Assembly: GCA_965116845.1 (NCBI GenBank)
Contig: OZ220728.1
Span: 4,920,433 to 4,984,432, forward strand
Reading direction: 5' to 3'
DNA from: Vicinamibacterales bacterium
Lineage (GTDB): Bacteria; Acidobacteriota; Vicinamibacteria; Vicinamibacterales; UBA8438
DNA: 64,000 nucleotides
The notes under the pieces are model-generated. The model ran no database searches. It had not been told where the DNA came from and saw nothing but the letters and a program-made list of their open reading frames with translations. This document shows, in pieces, positions 1 to 8,741 of the stretch. Positions within the stretch are counted from its first letter, which is position 1; every line of letters starts with the position of its first letter. The translations under genes were made by a program, and so were the position numbers.

Positions 1-139
1 AGGTGCCTCGCTTTCATCGGAAGTGGACCCCTACTCGGAGGTGGCCCCATCTTGCCATCCTGCCGCCTCGCAGTCGAGCGGGTCGCAACGAACCGGCGCC
101 GCGCGGGCGACTCGCCCTCTCGCAGGCGCGCTGGCGGGT

Positions 140-1378
140 TCACCGTCCGGACGCCGCCCCGCGCATCCGTTCGGCCGTCTTCCGCAACTGCCGGATCCGT
201 TCGTTCAACGCCCGGGCCAGCTCGCTCAACTGCTGCGCCAAGTCGACGAACGCAGTCTCGGCCGCCTGGATCGCGCCATCGTTCGTGGTGAAGGCCAGGA
301 CGGTGTTGCTGGCGGGCAGCAGCATGAGCAGGGCGTACCAGTACGTGTTGCTGCCGTTGTGCCAGATCACGGGGCCGTCGGCCCAGTCGCGGTCATATCG
401 AACCCAGCCGCTGGCGTAATCCTCGAGGAAGGGTGTGTGCAGTCGCTCCCAGCTCGACCGGGGCAGCAGGGCCGGCTCCGTTCCAAACTCCCCCTCCAGG
501 TGAGCCGCACCGTATCGCACCAGGTCGCCTGTCGTCATGTGAACGGTCCCGGCCGGTGCGATGAGCGGGGAATTGTCGGCGCGCGTCGTGAAGGGGTCTA
601 TCGGTATCCGGCGGTCCAACAGGATCAGGTGCCCGAGTGGCTCCTCATCCGGGCGCGCGCCCCGGGGCGCGCCGAATCCCGGGCTCAGCAGTCCGAGCGG
701 AGCGAACACCCGGTTCCGTATCAGGGTCTGGTATGGCTCGCCGGCGACGGTCTCTGCGATGTGGCCGGCGATCGTGTAGCCGACGTTGGAGTACGCAAAA
801 CGCTCGCCGCAGGGAAACTGCGGCTCGCGGGCGAGCACCCCGGAGATGAAGCGCCGCCTCTCTGCCACCAGCTCCTCCAGGGTGTCGGGCCACACGTCCT
901 GGACATCGGACGAGAAGTTGGCCGGAGCGCCCGCGGTGTGCGTCAACAGATGGTGCAGCGTGCAAGCGCCCCAGCCGGCGGCCATCGCGATCTCGGGCAG
1001 CAACGCCGGCAACGTCTCGTCGCCGGTCAGGAGACCGTCATCCTCCAGCACCGCCAGCAGCGTGGCCGTCATCGACTTCGTGATCGACCCGATGTGCCAG
1101 CGGTCGTCGACGGTCACCGAAATGCCGCTGTCCCGTCGGCGCTCGCCGCTGACGGCAGCCCCCGCAAGCTGCCCGTCAACCATCACGGCAACGGCTACTG
1201 CGGTGAGCCCGGTGTCGCTGCGCAACCGCGACACCCGGTTCTGGAGATCCCTTTGCAGCTCACCCTCGGTCTGTGCGACCGGGGATCCCGCCACGGCCGA
1301 GCCCGCGGCCGCGAACGCGACGACAGCCGACGCCGCCCCGAGGAGCGTGAGGCATCGTCTGCGGCCGCTACTCGTCAT
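140..1378 (-). CDS. Secreted serine hydrolase, beta-lactamase/DD-peptidase (class C-like) family
   Basis: This is the C-terminal 412 aa of ORF 140..1714(-). I placed the start at the internal ATG (cat 1376-1378), which gives a signal-peptide-like N-terminus MTSSGRRRCLTLLGAASAVVAFAAAGSAVAG. It has the SxxK nucleophile motif SITK. The upstream 112 codons look like high-GC read-through. Confidence 0.8.
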   Translation of the reverse strand: MTSSGRRRCLTLLGAASAVVAFAAAGSAVAGSPVAQTEGELQRDLQNRVSRLRSDTGLTAVAVAVMVDGQLAGAAVSGERRRDSGISVTVDDRWHIGSITKSMTATLLAVLEDDGLLTGDETLPALLPEIAMAAGWGACTLHHLLTHTAGAPANFSSDVQDVWPDTLEELVAERRRFISGVLAREPQFPCGERFAYSNVGYTIAGHIAETVAGEPYQTLIRNRVFAPLGLLSPGFGAPRGARPDEEPLGHLILLDRRIPIDPFTTRADNSPLIAPAGTVHMTTGDLVRYGAAHLEGEFGTEPALLPRSSWERLHTPFLEDYASGWVRYDRDWADGPVIWHNGSNTYWYALLMLLPASNTVLAFTTNDGAIQAAETAFVDLAQQLSELARALNERIRQLRKTAERMRGAASGR

Positions 1379-1407
1379 GACACTCTCCGGCTCCGCGGCT
1401 TCCGGAT

Positions 1408-4400
1408 TCAGAAGCGGACGCTGAGGCCCACCTGCCCGCGCCGCGTGTCGCCGAGACCGCTGCGGAGGGTCCCGTCGAAGTTGAACAGCAGCGAGCCGTG
1501 CGCCGTGTCGAGGAAGTTGTCGGCGTTGGTGAGGTTGAACACCTCCACGATCGGCTCGATGATCACCCCGCTCCCCAGCTCGAAGCGACGCGAGAGCCGC
1601 AGGTCCCACGTGAAGAACTCGTTGTCGCGCCGCAGCGTGTTGCGCGTGAGGATGGTCCCGTCGGCGCAGATGCGGTCCGATGGCTGAGCCACGCGCCGGC
1701 CTCGGTTGGCGCACTGCTCGGAGACGGGCGCGGCCGACAGGTAGCGCACCACGTGGTTCACCTGCACGTCGCCGGGCAAGGTCAGCAGGAGGTAGCCGCT
1801 CACCTGGTGGCGCCGGTCGCGGTCCGACCAGCCGTACTCCGGCGCGAGGTCGGCGGCGCTCGCGTAGCGCAGGACGAACGGGTCCCGCTCGTTGTCGTCG
1901 TCGGAGCGATCGAAGGCCAGCGTGTAGTGCGTCTCGAAGGTGAGCGGCCGATTCCGCAGCGTGCCGCGGCCGCGCAATCCGGCGGTGAACCCTTGATACC
2001 GGGAGCGCGCGCTGCTCTCGGTGACGGTCAGGTTGTTGATGCCGCCTCCGGAGGGGTGCGTGCCGATGCCGAAGGGCGCACCGAGCGCGGGATCGTTGCG
2101 GTTGACGAAGCGGAACAGGTTGTCGGTCCGGGCGTGGACGAACGTGGCGCTCGCCGCCAGGCCGCGCCCGAGGTCGCGGTCGATGCCGGTGCTGAACGAC
2201 CAGGTGCGCGGCAGTTCCAGGTTGCGGTCGGCCACCTGAATGTCCGGCAGGAACGGCGGCGTCGTGGTGGCGTCGATCAGCTCATCGATGGCCGGCACGG
2301 GACCGAGGGCGGGGGCGGCGCTGCTCCGGAAGAGCGTCTGCTGGAAGGCGCCGTTGGTCGACCGGTGCTGCGCGAAGACGAGCATCGGGATGCGCGCGAC
2401 GTAGGACCCCGCGTTGGCCCGCACCACCGTGCGCCCGTCGCCGCCCACGTCCCACGCCAGGCCGGCGCGCGGCTGCAGGTTGTCGAGGTCGTCGGGAATC
2501 CGGCCGTCGGACGGGAAGCGCGGGTCGTCGAGGTAGGGCGCGAAGAAGGTATCGCGCGGCTCGACGAACATGCGCGGGTGCCATGCCCCCTCCCAGCGGA
2601 GCCCGAGGTCCAGGGTCAGCCGGTCGTGGGGATGCCAGGTGTCCTGCACGAACGCGCCGAGCTCGTGCGTCCCGAGCTGCTGCACGCCGAGCTGCTCGGG
2701 CGGGACGCCGGGCACGGTCGCCGACTGCAGGTAGAGCAGCACCGGGCCGGTCACGCTCGCGCCCGCCGGGCACGCCCCGAGCGCGCTCGCGGAGCCGTCC
2801 GAGCAGGTGACGAAGCGGCTGCCGTGGGTGACGAAGCCGATGAAGCCGCCGACCGAGTCGAAGATGTAGCGGCTGTTGGCGAGCCCGACGAACTGCTGTG
2901 CCGCGTGGGTGCGGTTGTACTCCACCCCCGCCTTGAAGAGGTGGTTGCCGGTGGCGAACGACACGTTGTCGACCACCTGGATCCGCGTGTCGAACGCCGG
3001 CTCGATGGGCAGGAAGAACGGCAGGCCGATGCGGAAGCCGTCCGCGAAATCCATCGTGATGTCCGGGAACGGCCGCCCGCCGAGCGCCGCGAACTGCGGC
3101 GGCCCCGGCGGCCGCGCCCCCGGCACGATCGGCCCGTCGTACCAGCGCGGCCGATCCTCGCGCGCCCACTGCACCCGCAGCTCGTTGGAGAGCGCGTTGG
3201 TCAACAGCGAGCGCAGGCTCCCGTTGACCGCGTGCGAGTGGTTTCGCTCGATGCCGTTGGCCGATGCCCCCCAGGCATCGACGTCGAAGGTGCCATTCAC
3301 CTGCTCGGAGCGCGTGTAGTTGTACTTGAACGACGCCTGGTGGCGGCCATCGAGGTTCAGGTCGAGCTTGGCGAGCAGCGACTGCGCGTCGTCGGTGCGG
3401 CGGATGGGTCCGAACTCGTCGTCGAACAACCCCGGCCAGCGCTCCTGCAGGAAGCCGTCGAGCCGCGCCAGGTTCGCGGGGCTCGCGACGTGGCGCGTCA
3501 TCTGCTTCGTCTCGGCTGCCGCCTGCTGGTCGTAGGCGAGGAAGAGGAAGGCACGGTCGCGCACCAGCGGGCCGCCCAGCGTGGCGCCCGTCTGGTTGCG
3601 GCCGAACTCCGGCTTCCCGCCGCCCCGCGCCTCCGGGAACGGCGCCGAGATCTCGTCCCACTGCCCGAAGTAGTGGGCGGAGCCGCCGAGGTCGTTCGTT
3701 CCCGACTTCGTGACGACGTTCACGAACCCGCCCGCGGAACGGCCGTACTCGGCCGTGGCGCCCTGGTTGACGACGACCAGGTCCTCGATGGCGTCCTGGT
3801 TGAAGGTGAAGGCCGGCCGCTGCCCGCCACGCTGCTCGCCGAAGAACGGGTTGTTGAAGTCGGCGCCGTCGACGATGAAGTTGTTGAAGATGCCGCGCTG
3901 CCCGCCGATGTTGAGCTCGTCGCCGTCCGGCCCCTGCGAGATGGTCGCCCCCGGCGTCAGGAGCGTCAGGCTGAGGTAGTTGCGGCCGTTGCTCGGCAGC
4001 CCGTCGACGACGTCCTCGGCGATGCGCTGCGAGCGGGTCACGTCGGTCGTGTCGACCGGCGACGGCAGGTCGCTGAGGACGGTGACCGTCTCCTCGGCCA
4101 CCACGCGCAGGTCGACGGCCAGCTCGAGCACCTCCCCCACCCGGAGGCTGGCCCCCTCGATGCGCTCGGTCCCGAAGCCCGCGGTCGCGGCGGCCACCGT
4201 CAGGTCGAACGTCCCGGGCGGCAGCAGCGTGCGGACGAACGTGCCGGCGGACGAGGTCTCCACCGTGGTCAGCAGATCGGTCTCGCGGTGCTGGATGACG
4301 ATGACGGCGCCCGGCAGCGGGTCGCCGAGCTGATCGCGGACCGTCCCGCGGATGACGCCGGTCGTCGTCCCCGCCTGGGCCGCCGCGGGCGGCGCGTCGA

Positions 4401-4515
4401 GGCAGGCCACCGCGGCGAGGGACGCCGTGGCAAGAAGTATCGCGAGTGGGCGACGAGTTCCGGACCGGATCGGCTTGGTCGTGGGTTCAGGCACCAACGC
4501 CCACCCGCCGGTCAC
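1408..4515 (-). CDS. TonB-dependent outer-membrane receptor with N-terminal carboxypeptidase-regulatory-like domain
   Basis: 1035-aa ORF with a signal peptide ending AAAQ. A CarboxypepD_reg-like block follows (GVIRGTVRDQLGDPLPGAVIVIQHRETD...GTFDLTVAA). The long Gly/Asn/Tyr-rich beta-barrel body ends in a C-terminal aromatic residue (...VGLSVRF). The GTG start at 4515 overlaps the upstream stop (GTGA). Confidence 0.85.
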   Translation of the reverse strand: MTGGWALVPEPTTKPIRSGTRRPLAILLATASLAAVACLDAPPAAAQAGTTTGVIRGTVRDQLGDPLPGAVIVIQHRETDLLTTVETSSAGTFVRTLLPPGTFDLTVAAATAGFGTERIEGASLRVGEVLELAVDLRVVAEETVTVLSDLPSPVDTTDVTRSQRIAEDVVDGLPSNGRNYLSLTLLTPGATISQGPDGDELNIGGQRGIFNNFIVDGADFNNPFFGEQRGGQRPAFTFNQDAIEDLVVVNQGATAEYGRSAGGFVNVVTKSGTNDLGGSAHYFGQWDEISAPFPEARGGGKPEFGRNQTGATLGGPLVRDRAFLFLAYDQQAAAETKQMTRHVASPANLARLDGFLQERWPGLFDDEFGPIRRTDDAQSLLAKLDLNLDGRHQASFKYNYTRSEQVNGTFDVDAWGASANGIERNHSHAVNGSLRSLLTNALSNELRVQWAREDRPRWYDGPIVPGARPPGPPQFAALGGRPFPDITMDFADGFRIGLPFFLPIEPAFDTRIQVVDNVSFATGNHLFKAGVEYNRTHAAQQFVGLANSRYIFDSVGGFIGFVTHGSRFVTCSDGSASALGACPAGASVTGPVLLYLQSATVPGVPPEQLGVQQLGTHELGAFVQDTWHPHDRLTLDLGLRWEGAWHPRMFVEPRDTFFAPYLDDPRFPSDGRIPDDLDNLQPRAGLAWDVGGDGRTVVRANAGSYVARIPMLVFAQHRSTNGAFQQTLFRSSAAPALGPVPAIDELIDATTTPPFLPDIQVADRNLELPRTWSFSTGIDRDLGRGLAASATFVHARTDNLFRFVNRNDPALGAPFGIGTHPSGGGINNLTVTESSARSRYQGFTAGLRGRGTLRNRPLTFETHYTLAFDRSDDDNERDPFVLRYASAADLAPEYGWSDRDRRHQVSGYLLLTLPGDVQVNHVVRYLSAAPVSEQCANRGRRVAQPSDRICADGTILTRNTLRRDNEFFTWDLRLSRRFELGSGVIIEPIVEVFNLTNADNFLDTAHGSLLFNFDGTLRSGLGDTRRGQVGLSVRF

Positions 4516-4781
4516 CGGGTCGACGCTTCGACGAGTTCATCCCGCTCGGCCACCACCGCTTCCGTGCTGTAACGGCGCAGGATCTCGGCTGCCGCGGGAG
4601 GGATCCCGGCTTTCCCCATCGTCATCGGCAGCCCGAGCACCTGGGAATCGTCCGAGAACGGGAATCTGCCTTCTACCCCAACCCGAACCAGACATACGAT
4701 CAACGCACCCATCCCGAGCCTCAGGTTCTTGACCTCGGCCTCGAGTCGCTCAATCTTCTGCTGCGCGGACTCGTCTGTCAT
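4512..4781 (-). CDS. Hypothetical small protein (89 aa), co-transcribed with the TonB receptor
   Basis: The ATG at 4781 is preceded by a strong SD (aaaGGAGGgaatcgcgATG on the minus strand). Its stop overlaps the receptor GTG start in a 4-nt GTGA coupling. No family recognised. Confidence 0.5.
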   Translation of the reverse strand: MTDESAQQKIERLEAEVKNLRLGMGALIVCLVRVGVEGRFPFSDDSQVLGLPMTMGKAGIPPAAAEILRRYSTEAVVAERDELVEASTR

Positions 4782-5133
4782 CGCGATTCCCTCCTTTCGA
4801 TAGACGCGACTCCACGTGAGCGAGTCGCCGATCGATGCTCCTGCTTTCGGAGGTCAACTCCCTGCGAACCTGATCGATCTTGTCGTCCGTCTTGTTGACG
4901 CGTTCGCCCAATGACCGAATCCACTCCACGTTGCCCTCGAGCAGCCGTTGGACGCTGGTCTGCAGGTCTTGCTGGCTCTTCTTCAACTCTCGATGAGTAG
5001 TCTCGTTCCGGGTCATCTCCCAGCGCAAGAACCAGACAATGAGGCCCAACAGGGCGGCGATCACCGCACCGGCGGCACCGGCCGCCCAAACCACGACAGG
5101 CGGCAACTCCAGCGGGATTGCGGTCGCCAGCAT
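4750..5133 (-). CDS. Hypothetical single-pass membrane protein with coiled-coil tail (127 aa)
   Basis: An internal ATG at 5133 lies just downstream of the enolase stop. The protein has an N-terminal hydrophobic helix (VVVWAAGAAGAVIAALLGLIVWFL) followed by a charged helical region. No clear SD. It overlaps the next ORF by 32 nt. Confidence 0.35.
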   Translation of the reverse strand: MLATAIPLELPPVVVWAAGAAGAVIAALLGLIVWFLRWEMTRNETTHRELKKSQQDLQTSVQRLLEGNVEWIRSLGERVNKTDDKIDQVRRELTSESRSIDRRLAHVESRLSKGGNRDDRRVRAAED

Positions 5134-5174
5134 CGGTTGACCCACGATACCACCCGAGACGTCGCAACCGCACG

Positions 5175-6488
5175 CTACGGCTGCGATCGAGCAGCCGGGT
5201 CCGCCCCCCCGAGAGCCGCCCGTCCCGCGAACGCCGCGGCGTCCCCGAGGGCGCTCTCGATGCGCAGACCCTCGTTCCACTTGGCCATCCGCTCCGAACG
5301 GGAGAACGAGCCGACCTTGAGCTGCCCCGCTCCCCAACCCACTGCGAGGTGGACGACGGTCACGTCCTCCGACTCGCCGGAGCGGGCGGAGACGATCGTG
5401 CCGAAACCGGCGGCGCGCGCCGCGTCGAACGCGGCCCGCGTCTCCGTCACCGTCCCCGCCTGATTGGGCTTGACGAGGAGCGCATTGCAGGCCCCGTCCC
5501 GCACCGCCCGTTCGACCCGCCGGGCACTCGTCACCAAGTAGTCGTCGCCGACGATCTGCACGCGGTCGCCCACGGCGGCGGTGAACCGCTGCATGCCCCG
5601 CGTGTCATCTTCGCCCAGCGGATCCTCGATGGAGACGATCGGGTAGCGGTCGAGCCAGCCGATCAGGAGCTCGGCGAGCCCGTCGCCGTCGAGGTCGCGC
5701 CCCTCGAGCCCGAGGCGGTAGCGGCCGGCGCTCCCGAACTCGGACGCCGCGACGTCGAGGGCGATGGCCACCTCGTCTCCGGGAATGCGCCCGGCGTCCT
5801 CGATGGCCCGGACGAGGCACTCCAGCGCCTGCTCGTTGGTGTCGAACGCGGGCCAGTAACCGCCCTCGTCGGCCACACCGCGGAGGCGCCCCGCCTCCGC
5901 CATGCGGGCGCCGGCGGCCCGGTAGACCTCCGCCGTCCAGTCGAGCGACTCCGCGAAGCTCGACGCGCCGGCGGCGATCACCATGAAGTCCTGCACGTCG
6001 ACCCGGCGCCCGGCATGGGCACCGCCCCCGAAGATCTGGATCTCGGGCAGCGGGAGCCGGGCCGGCCGATCCCCCAGGAGGTGCCGCCACAGGGGCCGGC
6101 CTGCCGCCGCGGCGGCCGCGTGCAGGGCGGCCATCGAGACCGCGATGAGCGCGTTCGCACCGAGGCGGCTCTTGTCCGCGGTGCCGTCGAGCTCGACGAG
6201 CGCATGATCCAGCTCTGCCTGAGCGGCGACATCGCGGCCAAGTAGCGCCGGGGCGATCTCACGTTCGACATGGCGGACCGCGCGCGTCACGTCGTGGCCG
6301 CCGAACGCGGCGCCGCCGTCGCGCAGGTCGACCGCTTCCCCGCTACCCGTCGATGCCCCGGCCGGAGCGATGGCGCGTCCGGTGACCCCGCCGCCCAACC
6401 GGACCTCGGCCTCTACCGTCGGCCGCCCGCGCGAGTCCCAGACGCGGCGGGCGGTGACCTGATCGATGAGATGGGCACGGGTCGTCAT
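5175..6488 (-). CDS. eno: Enolase (phosphopyruvate hydratase), divergent
   Basis: Full-length colinearity with enolases: ARRVWDSRGRPTVEAEV, APAGASTGSGEA, VADEGGYWP, IVSIEDPL, LVKPNQAGT, SARSGESED, SFSRSERMAKWNEGLRIE. Confidence 0.85.
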   Translation of the reverse strand: MTTRAHLIDQVTARRVWDSRGRPTVEAEVRLGGGVTGRAIAPAGASTGSGEAVDLRDGGAAFGGHDVTRAVRHVEREIAPALLGRDVAAQAELDHALVELDGTADKSRLGANALIAVSMAALHAAAAAAGRPLWRHLLGDRPARLPLPEIQIFGGGAHAGRRVDVQDFMVIAAGASSFAESLDWTAEVYRAAGARMAEAGRLRGVADEGGYWPAFDTNEQALECLVRAIEDAGRIPGDEVAIALDVAASEFGSAGRYRLGLEGRDLDGDGLAELLIGWLDRYPIVSIEDPLGEDDTRGMQRFTAAVGDRVQIVGDDYLVTSARRVERAVRDGACNALLVKPNQAGTVTETRAAFDAARAAGFGTIVSARSGESEDVTVVHLAVGWGAGQLKVGSFSRSERMAKWNEGLRIESALGDAAAFAGRAALGGADPAARSQP

Positions 6489-6686
6489 GCGGAGCTCGGC
6501 CGAATGCGCCCCCTATTGTGAGCGAGATCACCGTCGCCCGGCGGCGGCCCCGGACCACCGACCGTCGGCGACCTGTGGTCTGATCCCTTGCAAGCTCGTC
6601 GGAGCAGGTCTGCGCACGCTGCCGAGCGCGGAACGCGAGCCGAGGACGGACGAGTGAAAGGGCTCCACATCGGGAAGGTCGACCGG

Positions 6687-7496
6687 ATGGTTCACTCGCT
6701 GTTTGCCTGCGTGCTGTTTCTGGCCGTTCTGTTCCTGTGGCATCAATCGTACGCGGGGTCCTGCGCGACCCTCGTGTTCCCGGGCCTGATCTGGCTCGCG
6801 ATCTTCAACGGGTTGCTCCAGTCCCGGCTGGAACGCAAGCGGTTCGCGGTTGACTACTATCTCGACCCTCGCTCGTTCGTGCACCGCAGGCTGCAGCGCA
6901 ACTGGCTGTCTGCGCTGATCAGCCTGTCCGCCGCTGGAGTGCTCGCGGCGTTTCTGGTCGTCTTCGCAGCGCGCTCGCGCCCTTCCGATTGGTATTTCCT
7001 CTGCGCCGCCGCGGCGGCGGCACCCCTGCTCTTCCACGGTCTGTCGAATTCGCTGGGACGCCACGTCAGAGGTCACTCCGGCGACCGCAAGCGGCGTACC
7101 ACGCTTGCCGACGTTCTCGTCGTCCGTATGGCGGGCCGACTACTACTGGTCGGTTTGGCCGCCGCCTACGTCTACGTGAACTACTACCTGATTCCCGTGC
7201 CGCAGGGGATCGATCCCGATTCCCTCGAGCGGACCCTGGAAGCGTTCGCGGTGAGCGCGCGTTCGGCATGCCCCCTCGTGCAGGACGTGCTGCTGATCGC
7301 GACGCAGACGGAAGGGCTGTCCTGGTACTTCGTGACGACCGCCGCGACGTCGGAATGGCTGCATGACGGAGTAGGATCGCTCTTGTGGGTCGCCTTCTTT
7401 CTGAACGCCGCCATGGTGTTCGGAGGAGTCGTCCGCGGGCTGGAGGGATCGATCCTGCTCGCCTGCGCGACGGTCGGGCGGCATCGGCAGGAATGA
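6687..7496 (+). CDS. Hypothetical multi-pass membrane protein
   Basis: Start taken at ATG 6687 (MVHSLFACVLFLAVLFLW...). Several hydrophobic helices and codon usage that is A/T-richer than the flanks. No family recognised. Confidence 0.5.
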   Translation: MVHSLFACVLFLAVLFLWHQSYAGSCATLVFPGLIWLAIFNGLLQSRLERKRFAVDYYLDPRSFVHRRLQRNWLSALISLSAAGVLAAFLVVFAARSRPSDWYFLCAAAAAAPLLFHGLSNSLGRHVRGHSGDRKRRTTLADVLVVRMAGRLLLVGLAAAYVYVNYYLIPVPQGIDPDSLERTLEAFAVSARSACPLVQDVLLIATQTEGLSWYFVTTAATSEWLHDGVGSLLWVAFFLNAAMVFGGVVRGLEGSILLACATVGRHRQE

Positions 7497-7499
7497 CGC

Positions 7500-8657
7500 G
7501 TGTTGAGACGAGCCCGAACGACCATCCTCTTCCTGGCCTCCGCCGCGATCCTGTCGTCCGTACTCGTCATTGTGTACGGTTCGATCGGACGTTTCGACAC
7601 TCCGGCGCCTCCGTACCCGCCGCGCTGGCGTGGCTCCGAGACTCGCGACCCGCTGGAGGCCTGTGAACTCAGGCAACGGGCGGAACGGCAGTGGCGAGCG
7701 TTTCGGGAGCGGCTGGTGCGGCAGGAGCTGCGGGAGACCGAAGCAGCCATCCGGAACGGGCTCGACACCGCGTTCGCCCCTGTCTACACAGCTATTCCCG
7801 CGTTCACGGACTGGCACTATTCGGTCATCGGCCAGTACGTGGAACTGGGGCAGGCGGTGTTCGGGAAGCTGCAGGAGGAGTCTTCGGCACGGCTCTTCGC
7901 GGGTCTGCAGGCACGTGTCGCGGATGCCTCGACCGACGTGGGCCGGGCGATGAGCGACGAGATGCGCCGGTCGGTCGAGCAGTGGGTCCGGAACGAAGGG
8001 CAGACGCTGCCCACGGCGACCCTCGGGAAGACCTACCAACGCCTGCTGGACGCGAGCGCGGCGGACGCCGTCGAGAGGTTCTCCGTATCCGCGGTCCCGT
8101 CCGGCGTTGTAGCCGCTGGCACGGGCGCGATCGGGATGGCCGCCGCCACCGCCCTCACCGCTGGTCTGACGAAGAGGCTGGCGGCGTCGGCCACCGTGAG
8201 GGCAGCCGGCAAGGCCGCCCGAATCGGGAGCCCCTGGGGCACGACTCTGGCCGGCGCTGCCGCCGGCGCCGTCCTCGGACCGGTTGGCGCTGCGATCAGC
8301 GGCGTACTCGCCGGAGCGGTAGCATGGCTGGCTCTCGACAGCGCGTTCGTGAACATCGACGAGCACCTCAACCGAAGCGCGTTCGAACGGGATCTGATCG
8401 GGCTGGTCAACGAGTCCAAAGCACAAGTCGGGACCGCTCTGTCGGCCGCCGTCGACGAGACCAGGGCGGAGGCGCTTCGGGAGCTCGGCTCGCCGCGGAT
8501 CACGGCCTGCGCCGAAGGTGCTGAAGAAACCGCGCCGGGAACGCTCGACGGGAGAACGCCATCCGAGCTGAGCGCTCTTCCGACGCAGCGACGGGGGCGT
8601 TTCCGACCCGACCCGACGCTGGCGGTCACTACCGCCGCGCCCCGCCGCCGGAACTGA
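7500..8657 (+). CDS. Hypothetical membrane protein with helical N-domain and Gly/Ala-rich (glycine-zipper-like) segments
   Basis: The GTG start lies 3 nt after the upstream stop. It has an N-terminal TM helix (TTILFLASAAILSSVLVIVYG), a central helical region and Gly/Ala-rich stretches (GVVAAGTGAIGMAAATALTAGL...LAGAAAGAVLGPVGAAISGVLAGAVAWLAL). No family recognised. Confidence 0.5.
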   Translation: MLRRARTTILFLASAAILSSVLVIVYGSIGRFDTPAPPYPPRWRGSETRDPLEACELRQRAERQWRAFRERLVRQELRETEAAIRNGLDTAFAPVYTAIPAFTDWHYSVIGQYVELGQAVFGKLQEESSARLFAGLQARVADASTDVGRAMSDEMRRSVEQWVRNEGQTLPTATLGKTYQRLLDASAADAVERFSVSAVPSGVVAAGTGAIGMAAATALTAGLTKRLAASATVRAAGKAARIGSPWGTTLAGAAAGAVLGPVGAAISGVLAGAVAWLALDSAFVNIDEHLNRSAFERDLIGLVNESKAQVGTALSAAVDETRAEALRELGSPRITACAEGAEETAPGTLDGRTPSELSALPTQRRGRFRPDPTLAVTTAAPRRRN

Positions 8658-8741
8658 CCGCACCTCGTGGACACGTGCGGCGCGAGCTGGCCGATTCGAG
8701 ATGGCCCGCTCGCCCGAGACGGGCTTCCGCGGCGACCGAGC

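Noticed and set aside
1498-4572. 1024-aa plus-strand ORF antisense to the TonB receptor
   Set aside because: Its composition is extremely Arg/Ala/Gly/Val/Glu-rich with no motifs. It is a mirror-frame artefact of the receptor gene.
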